64,000 nt of DNA from Desulfobacterales bacterium (GTDB lineage Bacteria > Desulfobacterota > Desulfobacteria > Desulfobacterales > SURF-7): assembly GCA_018693105.1 (NCBI GenBank), contig JABHLN010000001.1:4750-68749 (forward strand). The letters are read 5' to 3'. Position 1 is the stretch's first letter, and every line of letters starts with the position of its first letter. Under the pieces are notes generated by a model that did no database searches, was not told the DNA's origin, and worked only from the letters and a program-made list of their open reading frames with translations. Below, piece by piece: positions 7,619-18,433 of this stretch. A program made the translations under genes and the position numbers.

Positions 7619-9364
7619 CTACTCCTGGGTTACCCTAAGTACCTCAGCTATGCTTGTGACTCCATCAAGAACTTTTTGTATTCCGTCATGACGGAGACTA
7701 ACCATGTTATTTTTTAATGCAATGCTTTTTATCTGGTTTGAATCATGCGTCTTTAATATCATCTTTTTCAGATTTTCATCCGGAATCATTATTTCAAAAA
7801 TACTTTTCCGCCCCCTGTAACCTGTGTTAAAACAATCAGGACATCCTTTCGCACGATATATAACCTTGTCTTTAAAAACTTCAGCACCAACTCCAATGCT
7901 TTCCATGGCCTCATCATCAGGTTCATAGGGCATACGACATTCAGTGCAAAGAACTCTTATAAGCCTCTGGGCAACAACTGCTGCAATTGAAGAGGAAAGA
8001 AGAAAAGGTTCAACCCCGATATCAACTAAACGAGTAATAGCACTGGCAGAGTCATTTGTATGAACTGTAGAAAAAACAAGATGTCCTGTAAGTGCAGCCT
8101 GAACTGCTATCCCTGCAGTTTCTTTATCCCTTATTTCACCTACCAGTATAACATCAGGGTCCTGCCTTACTGTAGATCTCAAACCACTGGCAAAGGTAAG
8201 CCCTATTTTGGGGTTAACCTGAACCTGACCAATGCCTTTAAGCTGGTATTCAATCGGGTCTTCAATTGTTATAATATTAATTTCCGGTGTATTGATTGAA
8301 GAAAGGGCTGCATAAAGAGTGGTCGTTTTACCGCTTCCTGTGGGGCCGGTAACAAGAATAATGCCATTTGGAGATTTTATAAGTCTTTTTATTGTTTCCA
8401 GGTTTTCAGAATTGAGTCCCAGCTCGGAAAGACTGAGAAGAGAAGTGGATTTATTAAGAAGCCTTAAAACAACACGCTCTCCAAATGAAGTAGGGATTGT
8501 CGAAACCCTTATATCAATATCCTGGTCGCCCCTTTTTACTTCTATTCGTCCATCCTGGGGAAGGCGTTTTTCTGCAATATTCAGTCTTGCCATTACTTTT
8601 ATCCTGGAGATCAATGCCGGCTGAACATGCTTTGGAGGAGATAGAAGATCGTAAAGTATACCATCAACCCGATAACGGACCTTGAAACTATTCTGGTAGG
8701 GTTCTATATGAATATCACTGGCACGGGCTTTTATAGACTGAGAAATTATATGATTAACGAGTTTTATTAAAGGAGCATCACTGGTATCATCCAGAAGATC
8801 GGCCGTCTGTTCAATTTCACTTATTATGGAGCTTCCATTATCTTCCATATCCTGCACAAGCTGTTCTGCAGACCCGCTTCTGTGATCATATGCGGTATTA
8901 ATAGCTGAAAGTATAGACTCTTTGGAAGATAAAACAACTTTATATTTCCTGATGCCAAGTATCCTGACCAGATCATCTAAAGCATGAAAACAGGCAGGGT
9001 TATTTATCGCAAAAACAATATCGGATATCTGTTTCTGGTTCTCACCATCATCCTGTTTTTCAGAAGGTTCATGATCCGGATCAATATTTGCCATAGGAAT
9101 CATGAAGTATTTTTTAAGGAACTGAATAGGCATATTTTCAGTCAGCTCCGTTCGGGCATTCTCCAATGAAAGAACCGGTTGGAATGGTATATTGTATTTT
9201 ATGCTTAATGATTCGAGAAGCTGGGATTCAGTGATGACACCGTTCTCAACAAGTATATCACCTGTGCTCCCCCCCTGCTTGCTTTGAAGTAGCTTAGCAT
9301 CCCTGTAATCTTCTTCGGAAACACCAAGACACTCATTAAGTATATCAAAAAGGTTTTTTTCCAT
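7619..9364 (-). CDS. gspE: Type II secretion ATPase GspE
   Basis: ASDIHIEP, GPTGSGKTTT, EDPIEY, RQDPDVILVGEIRD, CTEC..CPDC zinc motif. Confidence 0.95.
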   Translation of the reverse strand: MEKNLFDILNECLGVSEEDYRDAKLLQSKQGGSTGDILVENGVITESQLLESLSIKYNIPFQPVLSLENARTELTENMPIQFLKKYFMIPMANIDPDHEPSEKQDDGENQKQISDIVFAINNPACFHALDDLVRILGIRKYKVVLSSKESILSAINTAYDHRSGSAEQLVQDMEDNGSSIISEIEQTADLLDDTSDAPLIKLVNHIISQSIKARASDIHIEPYQNSFKVRYRVDGILYDLLSPPKHVQPALISRIKVMARLNIAEKRLPQDGRIEVKRGDQDIDIRVSTIPTSFGERVVLRLLNKSTSLLSLSELGLNSENLETIKRLIKSPNGIILVTGPTGSGKTTTLYAALSSINTPEINIITIEDPIEYQLKGIGQVQVNPKIGLTFASGLRSTVRQDPDVILVGEIRDKETAGIAVQAALTGHLVFSTVHTNDSASAITRLVDIGVEPFLLSSSIAAVVAQRLIRVLCTECRMPYEPDDEAMESIGVGAEVFKDKVIYRAKGCPDCFNTGYRGRKSIFEIMIPDENLKKMILKTHDSNQIKSIALKNNMVSLRHDGIQKVLDGVTSIAEVLRVTQE

Positions 9365-9492
9365 TTATATAATTTTGACTGATTTATTGTGCAGCTATTA
9401 ATAACATAATAAGATATAAGAAACTTCAAACACACTTTAATTTGTCCAATAATTTAACCGGATTTAAAAAGGACTGCAATCCCGGTTCTTAA

Positions 9493-11472
9493 TTATTTTT
9501 CATTTCCTTCATACATCTTGATATTTCCTTCCTTTATCCTGTCAATCTTATCCTTCTTCTCGGTATATATCTGCTTGATATCTTCTTTATCGGATATAAC
9601 ACGAGGCGTCAGGAATACATAAAGATTTGTTCTTTCCCTTGATTTACCGACGGATTTAAAAAGCAGGCCGACACCCGGAAGGTCTCCAAAGCAGGGGACT
9701 TTGTATTGTGTATCGGAAATCATATCATCGATAAGCCCTCCTATAACAACGGTATTATTATCCTGAACAATAACCGTAGTATCCACTGTACGTTTTAATG
9801 TGGTAGGCTGTGTTGGAAGGCTTGTCGTCATCGCACTTAAATCCAGCCGTTCCACAACCTGGATTATCTTAAGGCGGACCAGTTTGTCCTTGTTTATCTG
9901 GGGAGTAATCTTCAATGACAGCCCCACATCCTTGTATTCAAAATTCTGGTAATCACTTGTTGAGGTTGATTCCGTTTTTGTCATGTATGGTATGTTTCTT
10001 CCCACTGTAATGGTCGCTTCTTCATTATCGGTAGTTAAAATCTGCGGAGTTGAAAGTATATGAACATCCTTGTCTTTCTGATATGCCTGTATTACGGCAC
10101 CAAGGCTTGGGAAACTTACATCACCGATTTTAAGTACCTCTCCAAAAATTCCAAGTGAAAACCCAAGGGGTAATATACTAGCATTTGCACTGTTTACTCC
10201 TGAAATACCGGCGAGGTTACCGGTTCCTGCGTTAAAGCCGCCACCGGCTGCACCGTCTGTTCCATTATGACTTACCTTTGAGCCTGAGACCCATTCAGCA
10301 CCAAGATTTAAACCCTTGTCTACATTCACCTCCATGATAAGGCATTCGATATAAACCATTGACCTTGGAATATCCAGCTTCTTTATTATTTCTTCAAGAA
10401 CAAGATAATCTTCCTTTTCAGCCATGATAATAAGACTGTTTGTGGACTTATCTGCGGTAATTTTAACCGATCCCGATACAATTGGGGCCTTTTTTCCTTT
10501 TTCAGATGCTCCCGGTTTTGAAGAAAGAGATTGAAGTACTTTTGCAAGATCTTCGGCGGTAGCATTTTCCAGGTAGTAAACATGAATCTTTTCCTTTCCC
10601 CTGGGCACCGCTTTGTCCAGTATTCTAATAAGCCGTTTTACTCTTTCGGTATCGGATTGATTTGCAAGAACAATTATAGTATTTGTCCTTTCATCAGAAA
10701 CAAACCTGGCCGTATCAATCCTTGACTTGGCCTTGCTTTTACCGGATGACTTAAAAATCGACTCGAGGGTTCTCAAAAACTTTTTCGAATCTGCAAATTC
10801 TAGGGGAATTATCGAAATTTCGTTACCAATGCCGGTAACATCAATATTTTTTATAATTTTTATTAGTCGTTTAATATTTGAATACATATCTGTTACGATA
10901 AGAGTATTTGTCGGCGAATAAGCAAGCATAACACTGTTTTTTGAAATTAATGGCGAAAGAAGACGCTTTATTTCGTCAGGGTTGGCATAGTTCAGTCTAA
11001 TTATCTGTGTAACGACTTTATCTTCTGCAGATGACGCTTCACGTTTCAATAAAGTTTCAACATTCATCGTCTTCGCGCTGGGCGAGGAAACAATTTTAAT
11101 AACCTCACCAGCCTTAACAGTAGCAAACCCGTGAACATCAAGAACAGACTCAAAAACCTTGTAAGCCTCCTTCACAGAAATCTTTGAAGGAGATATTATT
11201 GTCACCTTCCCCTTTACACGATGATCCACAATAAAATTTTTACCTGTAAGCTCACTTATAAACTTAATAAAGACCTTTATATCCACATCGTTGAAATCAA
11301 TAGAAACGAATTGCTCTGCTCTTGAATTGTTCTTTACCTGGTTTGTACTTTCCAATAATGACTTTTCATTACCCGGGCTTTGAACAGGTTTAGCATCCAC
11401 AATGTCGAACCGTGGAAAAAGAAAGATTAATATCAATATAGAAATAATAACTTGTAGTTTTATTATCCTCAT
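9493..11472 (-). CDS. gspD: Type II secretion secretin GspD
   Basis: SIDFNDVDI N0 domain, repeated N domains (DERTNTIIV, DKSTNSLII), secretin core YKDVGLSLKITPQI and KVPCFGDLP. Confidence 0.95.
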   Translation of the reverse strand: MRIIKLQVIISILILIFLFPRFDIVDAKPVQSPGNEKSLLESTNQVKNNSRAEQFVSIDFNDVDIKVFIKFISELTGKNFIVDHRVKGKVTIISPSKISVKEAYKVFESVLDVHGFATVKAGEVIKIVSSPSAKTMNVETLLKREASSAEDKVVTQIIRLNYANPDEIKRLLSPLISKNSVMLAYSPTNTLIVTDMYSNIKRLIKIIKNIDVTGIGNEISIIPLEFADSKKFLRTLESIFKSSGKSKAKSRIDTARFVSDERTNTIIVLANQSDTERVKRLIRILDKAVPRGKEKIHVYYLENATAEDLAKVLQSLSSKPGASEKGKKAPIVSGSVKITADKSTNSLIIMAEKEDYLVLEEIIKKLDIPRSMVYIECLIMEVNVDKGLNLGAEWVSGSKVSHNGTDGAAGGGFNAGTGNLAGISGVNSANASILPLGFSLGIFGEVLKIGDVSFPSLGAVIQAYQKDKDVHILSTPQILTTDNEEATITVGRNIPYMTKTESTSTSDYQNFEYKDVGLSLKITPQINKDKLVRLKIIQVVERLDLSAMTTSLPTQPTTLKRTVDTTVIVQDNNTVVIGGLIDDMISDTQYKVPCFGDLPGVGLLFKSVGKSRERTNLYVFLTPRVISDKEDIKQIYTEKKDKIDRIKEGNIKMYEGNEK

Positions 11473-11512
11473 TTTTTTATCCTGTGATTTTTTTTATCCT
11501 GTGATTCTATGA

Positions 11513-12385
11513 TTATTTTATATTATATTCCATGTTTTTAACCCGGCCTCTTCGCTTTATCTGTATTTCCACTTTAGAAGCCGTCTGTAAATTCTGATAA
11601 AACTTTAAAGCATCTTCAACAGATTCAATATCCTGACCGTCAACACCTATGATGATATCCCCGGTGCTTAATCCCATTTCGCTATAAAAAGACTTAGGCC
11701 TGACCCGTCCGAGTATAAGACCGTCAGGCTTGCCGTTTTTAAAATGCGGCTGTATCGAAACCTGCTTCATCAATTCATTGATATTTCCAAGTGCATTGTC
11801 AATCTTCGAACGATTTATACTGATACGCTGAGTTCTTGTTGTAGCGGAAGAAAAACCTTTTCCTAAATATGATCTTTTTTCACTTTTTCCACTTGTTACT
11901 CTTTTATTCCTGCCAATGTTCTTGTCACTCATCTGGAGTACTTCATCCCTGCCGTCGACACTCAGGACGACCTTTTCTCGCAGAATTATCTTAACTCTGG
12001 CATTCTGTATAGTATCACCAATTCTGTAGAGAGCCTGCTTCCTGGTCTTAGTCTCCTCAATAACAGCATATGACCCACCATTTTCCCCTGAAACAGTACC
12101 CCATAGTTTAAGGTTCAACTTGGTCTGTTTTAGTGCTTTAAGGTCAATTATATCAGCCTTTCCTCTTTCAGTACTTATATTAAAGATATTTCGTTCAATT
12201 ATTTTCCCGTATTCTGAAAATGGCTTATTAACAGCAATTATGGAAGCCGAAGCCTCATTACCAGATATCTTGTCGAGCAAAACGTTGTCACCTTTTGATG
12301 ATATTGTCAGATATAAACCGTTTACAGCAAAAAAAACGGCAACGGTTATCAATATCAGGTTTACTATGGCAAAAGAAATTTTCAT
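11513..12385 (-). CDS. gspC: Type II secretion protein GspC with PDZ domain
   Basis: N-terminal TM, LKLWGTV..AVIE..QALYRIGD HR domain, C-terminal PDZ (MGLSTGDIIIGVDG). Confidence 0.88.
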   Translation of the reverse strand: MKISFAIVNLILITVAVFFAVNGLYLTISSKGDNVLLDKISGNEASASIIAVNKPFSEYGKIIERNIFNISTERGKADIIDLKALKQTKLNLKLWGTVSGENGGSYAVIEETKTRKQALYRIGDTIQNARVKIILREKVVLSVDGRDEVLQMSDKNIGRNKRVTSGKSEKRSYLGKGFSSATTRTQRISINRSKIDNALGNINELMKQVSIQPHFKNGKPDGLILGRVRPKSFYSEMGLSTGDIIIGVDGQDIESVEDALKFYQNLQTASKVEIQIKRRGRVKNMEYNIK

Positions 12386-12430
12386 AGAGTATTATTAATT
12401 AAATCATAAAAAAAGTATGTGAGCAGCTTA

Positions 12431-12458
12431 GTGAAAAGTCTCCATTTACTGCGTTATA
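12431..12458. repeat. Fragment of family A element
   Basis: GTGAAAAGTCTCCATTTACTGCGTTATA matches the left arm of 4434-4588. Confidence 0.7.
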
Positions 12459-12470
12459 TTGTTTGTTAGT

Positions 12471-13349
12471 CTAATTCAAGGAAAAACCAGGTTTATCAAA
12501 AGTTCCGTATATCCTGAAAGGTATTGATTTTTCACCGGATTTACCTTTAAGGAAAATCCCCAAAGGTACCCCCATTCCAACGTTGGAAAGAAAAGAGCCC
12601 TCTGGCCCTATTGTCCCGTTTATATCCAATATACTCATGCTGGCAGGGTCATTTACTATAACAGAGCCGGTAATAGTCCCGTTTACCTGTGGTCCATTGA
12701 GATCACATTTTTCGATTTCCAGCCTCCGGTTACTGAATGATAATTCTCCCTTAATGTAATCAAAAATCAATCCATCTTCCAACTTAAAAAAATCAGGAGC
12801 AAATTCCACTCTGCATCCGGTTAAATTAAAGAAAGAGTTCAATGTATCCCCGGATTTACTTTCATTTTTGTATAAAACTTTTCCGTCAACACTTCCTGTA
12901 ATATGAAAACCTGAAAAATTTTGAACTGCAGGTATTTCATCTATCAGGATATCTTTAAAGTCAGCATCGATATTTACCACTCCTCCTGAAGTATCTCCTG
13001 AAACAAAACCATTACCTTTCACAACACCGCCAAAAGCCTTGGATTTAAAATAGAATTTTTTCTTTTTCTTAGCCATAGAAAAAAGCCCCGGAACAATCTT
13101 TATCTCTTCAGATTTAAATAAAAGATCATTCTTATCATAAAGGCTGACATCAATCAGTTTTAGTCCGGGAGGAAAAGAAGGTTTAATATTATTAATTATA
13201 ATACTTAAATCAGGGTTTGCCTTATTCAGGTTTACCTTTATATAACTTGCCACCTTTTCTGAAGGGAAGAGGTAATAAGCAAAGACAAGTGTAATAAAAA
13301 ATATAAATAAAGGGTATCCAATCAATTTTAAGTTTTTATTCATAATCAT
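12471..13349 (-). CDS. gspN: Type II secretion protein GspN
   Basis: N-terminal TM ending YYLFP, beta-rich body, position between gspM and gspC. Confidence 0.8.
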   Translation of the reverse strand: MIMNKNLKLIGYPLFIFFITLVFAYYLFPSEKVASYIKVNLNKANPDLSIIINNIKPSFPPGLKLIDVSLYDKNDLLFKSEEIKIVPGLFSMAKKKKKFYFKSKAFGGVVKGNGFVSGDTSGGVVNIDADFKDILIDEIPAVQNFSGFHITGSVDGKVLYKNESKSGDTLNSFFNLTGCRVEFAPDFFKLEDGLIFDYIKGELSFSNRRLEIEKCDLNGPQVNGTITGSVIVNDPASMSILDINGTIGPEGSFLSNVGMGVPLGIFLKGKSGEKSIPFRIYGTFDKPGFSLN

Positions 13350-13384
13350 AACATTAATAATCAGCTAGTTCCGAGTTCAATTAT

Positions 13385-13537
13385 TTATGAACGTGTATAA
13401 AGTAAAACCGATGGCTAAGTAGAAATCTTCATATACAAGGCATAGCTGTTAATCAGGAGTGAAAGCATACATGAGTATGTTGAATTTCTGATTAACAGCT
13501 ATAAAACAATAGGTGGAGAGTTTCTACGACGCCATTA
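13385..13537. mobile_element. MITE-like element family A, diverged full copy
   Basis: Aligns end to end with 37588-37741; flanked by ATTAT at 13380-13384 and 13538-13542. Confidence 0.85.
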
Positions 13538-13538
13538 A

Positions 13539-14069
13539 TTATAGTATCATTACGGTTTCTACCTGTAAAACCGCATCAACAGTTCTTTTTAATTCCCCTT
13601 TCCTATATATGGAAAGCCTTTTTATATACACCATCTTCTTTGAGGTTTCTATTTTGTACAGACATGAAACCAGTTGTTCCATATTTATCCCCTCAAGCTT
13701 CATCTCAACAGATGATATCTTGTACTGACCGTCTTTGTTCCCTGAGGTAGAAGGCTTCATATATGTAATCCGGTCTTTAACCCCGGCTTCGCCGGCAAGT
13801 TTATCAAGAAAGGAAAAAAGCCTGAACCCGCTACCTCTTGAAGCAAAATCAAGCCTGGATATATCTGCTTTTTTTTGTATTACCTGATACTCGGATTTCA
13901 TGGCAAGCATCTGCTCAATATCTTTTGTCTTTATTTTTATTGTCCTTCGAAGCATCTTCTTTTTGTCAAGATAAGGTGAAACTATAAAGCTGCTAAAAAC
14001 AAATAAAAATATCACAGCTATTGCCGTGTATAAAGAATATCTCTCTCGTTTACTCAGGTTCAGGGCCAT
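13539..14069 (-). CDS. gspM: Type II secretion protein GspM
   Basis: LSKRER, TM, coiled coil and ferredoxin-like C-terminus (LVSCLYKIE). Confidence 0.85.
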   Translation of the reverse strand: MALNLSKRERYSLYTAIAVIFLFVFSSFIVSPYLDKKKMLRRTIKIKTKDIEQMLAMKSEYQVIQKKADISRLDFASRGSGFRLFSFLDKLAGEAGVKDRITYMKPSTSGNKDGQYKISSVEMKLEGINMEQLVSCLYKIETSKKMVYIKRLSIYRKGELKRTVDAVLQVETVMIL

Positions 14070-14176
14070 TTTTATTACCCGCCATAAATTAACCGGAAAA
14101 AGTTTTTTGGTTAATTAATTATTTTATACTTTTTGCCTACACTACCAACTATCCCTACAAATCTATTAACTATAAA

Positions 14177-15637
14177 CTACAATAGTATATTAAACTGAAA
14201 CCTTACACGATTTCCCGATCTATCAGTATTGGCAGAACTTATAACAACACTTCTAAATAACACTATTTTTTCTAGTCGGCCTTTAATATCATCAACAGAA
14301 TTAAACGTGTCTGTATTTCCGGTTACAAGAACGGAATCAGTACCAATCACCAGCCGTGTAAATTCCACATCAATGTTTTTTTCTATAACCCTGCTGATTT
14401 CATCAAGTATGTCAATTGAACGTATATTTCCCCCCGTATCCTCGGGTATCATCTGCATTTTCCGGGTTTCACCGATTTTCACCTTCATCTGCTGAACAGG
14501 GTCGACAATCCTTTTGACATCCGGAAATGTTGATGTAAAAATCTCCCTTATCTGTATCTCCATAGTCTTTATACTTTTATTCATAAGGTAATAATCAAGA
14601 AATGAATTAAATGACATGAATAAAAGGACAGCTATCAATAATATACCTGTTACAATAAAGTTATTTCTATATTTCAACCATAGACTGCCTGCTGCAAATG
14701 AACCCCTTCTGAAATTCAGACAATCAATTCCTTCAATTTCAATTGCTGCAAGAGCAAGAGCATTATCAAAGCATCCGGATTTCATTATATCGCCGGAATA
14801 ATTATCTACATAGATATCAGTATTCTGAATAAGGTTTAAATTGTTCACAGGCATACCCAGATAGTCTGCCATGGCTTCCCCGCGACCGTCAGCAATAGAA
14901 CCGCTACCGGTTATTAAAACCTTTTCCGGCAGGCTTTCTTCTCCAATAATATCTTCTGCTGCAGATAATGTATGACCAATCATTTTGCATAGCGAATAAA
15001 TACCGGTTGATTCTACATGAGCATGTAAAAAAGAACGTGCAAGGCATATTCCACGAGGATTTATTACAAAAAGAGATGAAAAATCAGTGCCTATATCAAC
15101 AAGAAGGCAGTTCATGGCCATGTCTGATAACCCGTACATGTATAGAGCGGTGGGATAACCGCCGGCAGTAATAATTTCCGTGGAGAGATTATGTTTATTA
15201 AAACAATCAAGAAAAGAACCCAACATATCCTTTTCAACTGCGACTGCTATGAGATCAGTATGACCTGAATTTTTATGTAGATTTGAAGGTTTTAATATCT
15301 GGGAATCAAATATCAGGTTTTCCACAGGCATCGAAAGGTTAGATTCCATCTCATATGGAAGAAGTTGTCTTATTTTTTTAGGTCCTAGTGGCGGAACACT
15401 AAGATTTCTGAATGATATTCTTTCGGGGGGAAGTGAAGCAATACAATCAGAGCCGGTAATATCAACATTCTCTCCCATTTTGTTTAGCAGGGCATCAATA
15501 CTATCCTTGACATTGTTATTATCCTCAACAGGGACAAAATCGAAATATTCTACCCACTTTCCCTTCAGGGTACTTTTAACCAGAACTGCCGATACAGAAT
15601 CGTGCTTAATATCAAGTCCAAGTGTTTTTCTGCTCAT
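14177..15637 (-). CDS. gspL: Type II secretion protein GspL (PilM-like cytoplasmic domain plus PilN-like periplasmic domain)
   Basis: LGLDI N-terminus, LNFRRG, TM, FPDVKRIVDPVQQM. Confidence 0.85.
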   Translation of the reverse strand: MSRKTLGLDIKHDSVSAVLVKSTLKGKWVEYFDFVPVEDNNNVKDSIDALLNKMGENVDITGSDCIASLPPERISFRNLSVPPLGPKKIRQLLPYEMESNLSMPVENLIFDSQILKPSNLHKNSGHTDLIAVAVEKDMLGSFLDCFNKHNLSTEIITAGGYPTALYMYGLSDMAMNCLLVDIGTDFSSLFVINPRGICLARSFLHAHVESTGIYSLCKMIGHTLSAAEDIIGEESLPEKVLITGSGSIADGRGEAMADYLGMPVNNLNLIQNTDIYVDNYSGDIMKSGCFDNALALAAIEIEGIDCLNFRRGSFAAGSLWLKYRNNFIVTGILLIAVLLFMSFNSFLDYYLMNKSIKTMEIQIREIFTSTFPDVKRIVDPVQQMKVKIGETRKMQMIPEDTGGNIRSIDILDEISRVIEKNIDVEFTRLVIGTDSVLVTGNTDTFNSVDDIKGRLEKIVLFRSVVISSANTDRSGNRVRFQFNILL

Positions 15638-15702
15638 AATATTCCGGAAATTAATAAGTTAAATAAAACGTGAAAAAATTCTCAAAGGTCTTATAATATA
15701 AA

Positions 15703-16797
15703 TTATTCCTGTTTCCAACTTAATACCCTGCACTTCCATTTCCCGCCATTTTTGTCAACCTTATTTTGTACACGCTGAACAATTGCAACGGTCTTCATTT
15801 TCATGTTATTCAACACGGCAGATGACTCAATTCGGAAAAAATCACTTTCCGTCGTTATCAGTTTCGAATCTATCTCAGTATCACTACATCCCGGAGCATC
15901 CCTATACCACGAAATATTATCAAGGTTGTGAACAAATTTAGAATCGGAAGTTTCCTGCCGGTAGTTTACAATATCCACAGCGAGATCTTCCTGGCCGGTT
16001 GGAAGAAGTGCTGCTATCACTGGAAGTCCCGCTGTATTTATATTAATTTTCCCTTTAAAGGCAAAACCTCTTCCATCCACCTTTTTCACATACTTCGTCA
16101 TGCCGTATACTGTAAGGAATTTTGAAATGCCGAAACTGCCGCCGGCAAGATAAAAAAGTTCGCTTGTTATACCCTTTATGCGCAATAGTTCGTCAATATG
16201 TGCTACCGGACCGTTTCTGCACAAATATGGGGAATCAAGACTTTCATAATAGCTCGACTCAGCCCCGTTAAGCCCTGTAATGGCATCGTCATCATTTGAA
16301 TCCAGCCAGTCCTTTACACTGTTTATAATATCAATTGTTGCATTCAGTTCAGCGGCCTCATCTATGGAAACAATTGGTCGTAAGAGTTTGTCCCAAAGTT
16401 TTTTTTGTGAAACATTGAATTTCTTACCTTCAGGAAAGTCCACCAAAGCATTAACCTGTATTTTTGATAATTCATCAGTTATTTTTAATGTGATGTTCCC
16501 ATTCTCAAAACCATAATCTTCCAGAATTTCTTTGATTTTTTCAGTGTTTGCCCAGTCTTCCTGCAGCGAATCAGATTTTGTTTCTTTTTTATCATTAATA
16601 AGTACACCCATACCGATAGCAATACCGGATGATGCCATCTGCATCAGTGTAATTCGATCCCTTGATGCTGTAGAAGAAATAACCGCAGAACGAACCCTCC
16701 TGTTAAGTTCAAAAACTATAACTATCAGGAGAGATATAAGTGACAAGGTCACAAGCAGGGCAACTCCACGCTCATTTTTTATTTTTTTTACAAGCAT
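15703..16797 (-). CDS. gspK: Minor pseudopilin GspK
   Basis: ERG|VALLVTL, DSLQEDW, DWLDSNDD, GAES.YY, ININTA. Confidence 0.92.
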   Translation of the reverse strand: MLVKKIKNERGVALLVTLSLISLLIVIVFELNRRVRSAVISSTASRDRITLMQMASSGIAIGMGVLINDKKETKSDSLQEDWANTEKIKEILEDYGFENGNITLKITDELSKIQVNALVDFPEGKKFNVSQKKLWDKLLRPIVSIDEAAELNATIDIINSVKDWLDSNDDDAITGLNGAESSYYESLDSPYLCRNGPVAHIDELLRIKGITSELFYLAGGSFGISKFLTVYGMTKYVKKVDGRGFAFKGKININTAGLPVIAALLPTGQEDLAVDIVNYRQETSDSKFVHNLDNISWYRDAPGCSDTEIDSKLITTESDFFRIESSAVLNNMKMKTVAIVQRVQNKVDKNGGKWKCRVLSWKQE

Positions 16798-16841
16798 AAG
16801 ATCTTTTTTAAATGATGTCCTTTAATGACTGTTGCATAATT

Positions 16842-16870
16842 CATCAGTTATACTTTTTACGAGTTCATCA
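16842..16870. repeat. Right end of family A element; supplies the gspJ stop codon
   Basis: CATCAGTTATACTTTTTACGAGTTCATCA; TCA 16868-16870 is the TGA of gspJ. Confidence 0.8.
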
Positions 16871-17545
16871 AGTTTTCTTCCTGAAAACCTTAAGTGCAAC
16901 CTTTGTCTCAAAATGAAAAGAACCGTAATCATCACCGATTTCAAGTTTTATTCCTATTGCTTGAGGAGTAGAGTATCCATGCTCATCTGAATCGGAATCC
17001 CAGGCATCATATACTTCTCCTTCATCATCAAAATATCTGAATACCAATGATTTAACATTTTCGCACAGGACAGGGTCACTATCCTTAGGTTCAAACAATT
17101 TGGACAGCTGAAGGTTGTCTGATCTCTTCAACACGTAATCTCCATCGTCAGGTTCATGAATGTAATAGATTATTTCAGCTATACCTTTGTCGCTTTTATT
17201 TTCAAAAGAAATATGTTCATGGGAAGTAAACCGTAATTTTGAAAAACCTGCATCCCCATCAAATCGGGTTTCACCTTCAATACGGAATGGGTCAGAATCG
17301 CTGTTAAACGCCGGTATGACATATGCAGGAGGCATAGAAACATATATTGACTGCAGATCGTTTACTATTATTTTCATGCAGTCCTTTGCAGTCTCATATG
17401 ATGAAATACCCCTGTCTACTGCTTCGGTTGTAGTAGAGACCGCATTAAAAGAACTGAACAGGGCCGTCATAATGATGCCGAAAACAAAAATTGCGACCAG
17501 TATTTCCAGTAAAGTAAAGCCGTATGAAATCTTCCTGTTATCCAT
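16868..17545 (-). CDS. gspJ: Minor pseudopilin GspJ
   Basis: G|FTLLEILVA prepilin site. Start moved to ATG 17545 to avoid overlap with gspI. Confidence 0.85.
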   Translation of the reverse strand: MDNRKISYGFTLLEILVAIFVFGIIMTALFSSFNAVSTTTEAVDRGISSYETAKDCMKIIVNDLQSIYVSMPPAYVIPAFNSDSDPFRIEGETRFDGDAGFSKLRFTSHEHISFENKSDKGIAEIIYYIHEPDDGDYVLKRSDNLQLSKLFEPKDSDPVLCENVKSLVFRYFDDEGEVYDAWDSDSDEHGYSTPQAIGIKLEIGDDYGSFHFETKVALKVFRKKT

Positions 17546-17552
17546 ATTTTTT

Positions 17553-17942
17553 TTAATATATAAGTTTGTAACTCCTGAGATTGTATGATTCTCTTTCATC
17601 ATCACAGGTTATTTTAACATCAATTTTTTTTAAATCCTGTGCGATATTTCCGAGGAGTTCGGACTCTACTTCTTCTATCAATACTTCCCATAAATACCCT
17701 GGAAAATCATCACCAAAATCACCTGAAGATTCAGGCATATCAGCTTGAGGCTTTGTTTCAATATCAGCCATTAACTTTTGGGCAAGTAGAGGAGCGACTA
17801 TATAAAACCTTGAAGCTTTACTGGCCACTATTGTCTGAGCCTGCATTCTAAAGACAGCAACAAATACGATTGCGATTATTGAAATAGAGGCGAGCACTTC
17901 AAGAAGTGAAAACCCTTCATCTTTCAAATTCAACATACTCAT
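17553..17942 (-). CDS. gspI: Minor pseudopilin GspI
   Basis: G|FSLLEVLAS prepilin site; 129 aa; gene order. Confidence 0.85.
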   Translation of the reverse strand: MSMLNLKDEGFSLLEVLASISIIAIVFVAVFRMQAQTIVASKASRFYIVAPLLAQKLMADIETKPQADMPESSGDFGDDFPGYLWEVLIEEVESELLGNIAQDLKKIDVKITCDDERESYNLRSYKLIY

Positions 17943-18423
17943 TTTTAAACCTGACTTGAGACAAAAAGGGTTCTATAAAAAAGGTATACTGATTATCTTT
18001 ATCATCAATATGAATAAGCGCCTTGTCAGAATACCCTTTCGCATAGAAGCATATTTTAGTATTTCCGTATTCTATTTTCCCCTGTCCGGGGAATTCAACA
18101 TCCCTGATTCCAATACCTTCGGGTAATTTGTAGCTGTTTTGTACAGCTTTATTTACCTCGGCTTCTGTCATTTTTTCATGTGTAATCCATAGGCTGTTTG
18201 TGTCTACTCCTATATGCAGAGCGTACTGTCTCTGCTCAATAAATGCTTTTTCTTTCAAGGACCTTGACTTCAAGATCACCCAGCGTGAAACCCTGTTTGT
18301 ATTATCAGTAAAAACCGTCCCCTGAAACCTGGGTATTGAAAAGAAAAGCATTATTGAGACAAGCATGATCACAACAATGAGTTCAATAAGAGTGAATCCA
18401 TTGCTCTTAGTTGAGATAGACAT
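17917..18423 (-). CDS. gspH: Minor pseudopilin GspH
   Basis: G|FTLIELIVV prepilin site; gene order. Confidence 0.82.
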   Translation of the reverse strand: MSISTKSNGFTLIELIVVIMLVSIMLFFSIPRFQGTVFTDNTNRVSRWVILKSRSLKEKAFIEQRQYALHIGVDTNSLWITHEKMTEAEVNKAVQNSYKLPEGIGIRDVEFPGQGKIEYGNTKICFYAKGYSDKALIHIDDKDNQYTFFIEPFLSQVRFKNEYVEFER

Positions 18424-18433
18424 ATGATGGATA

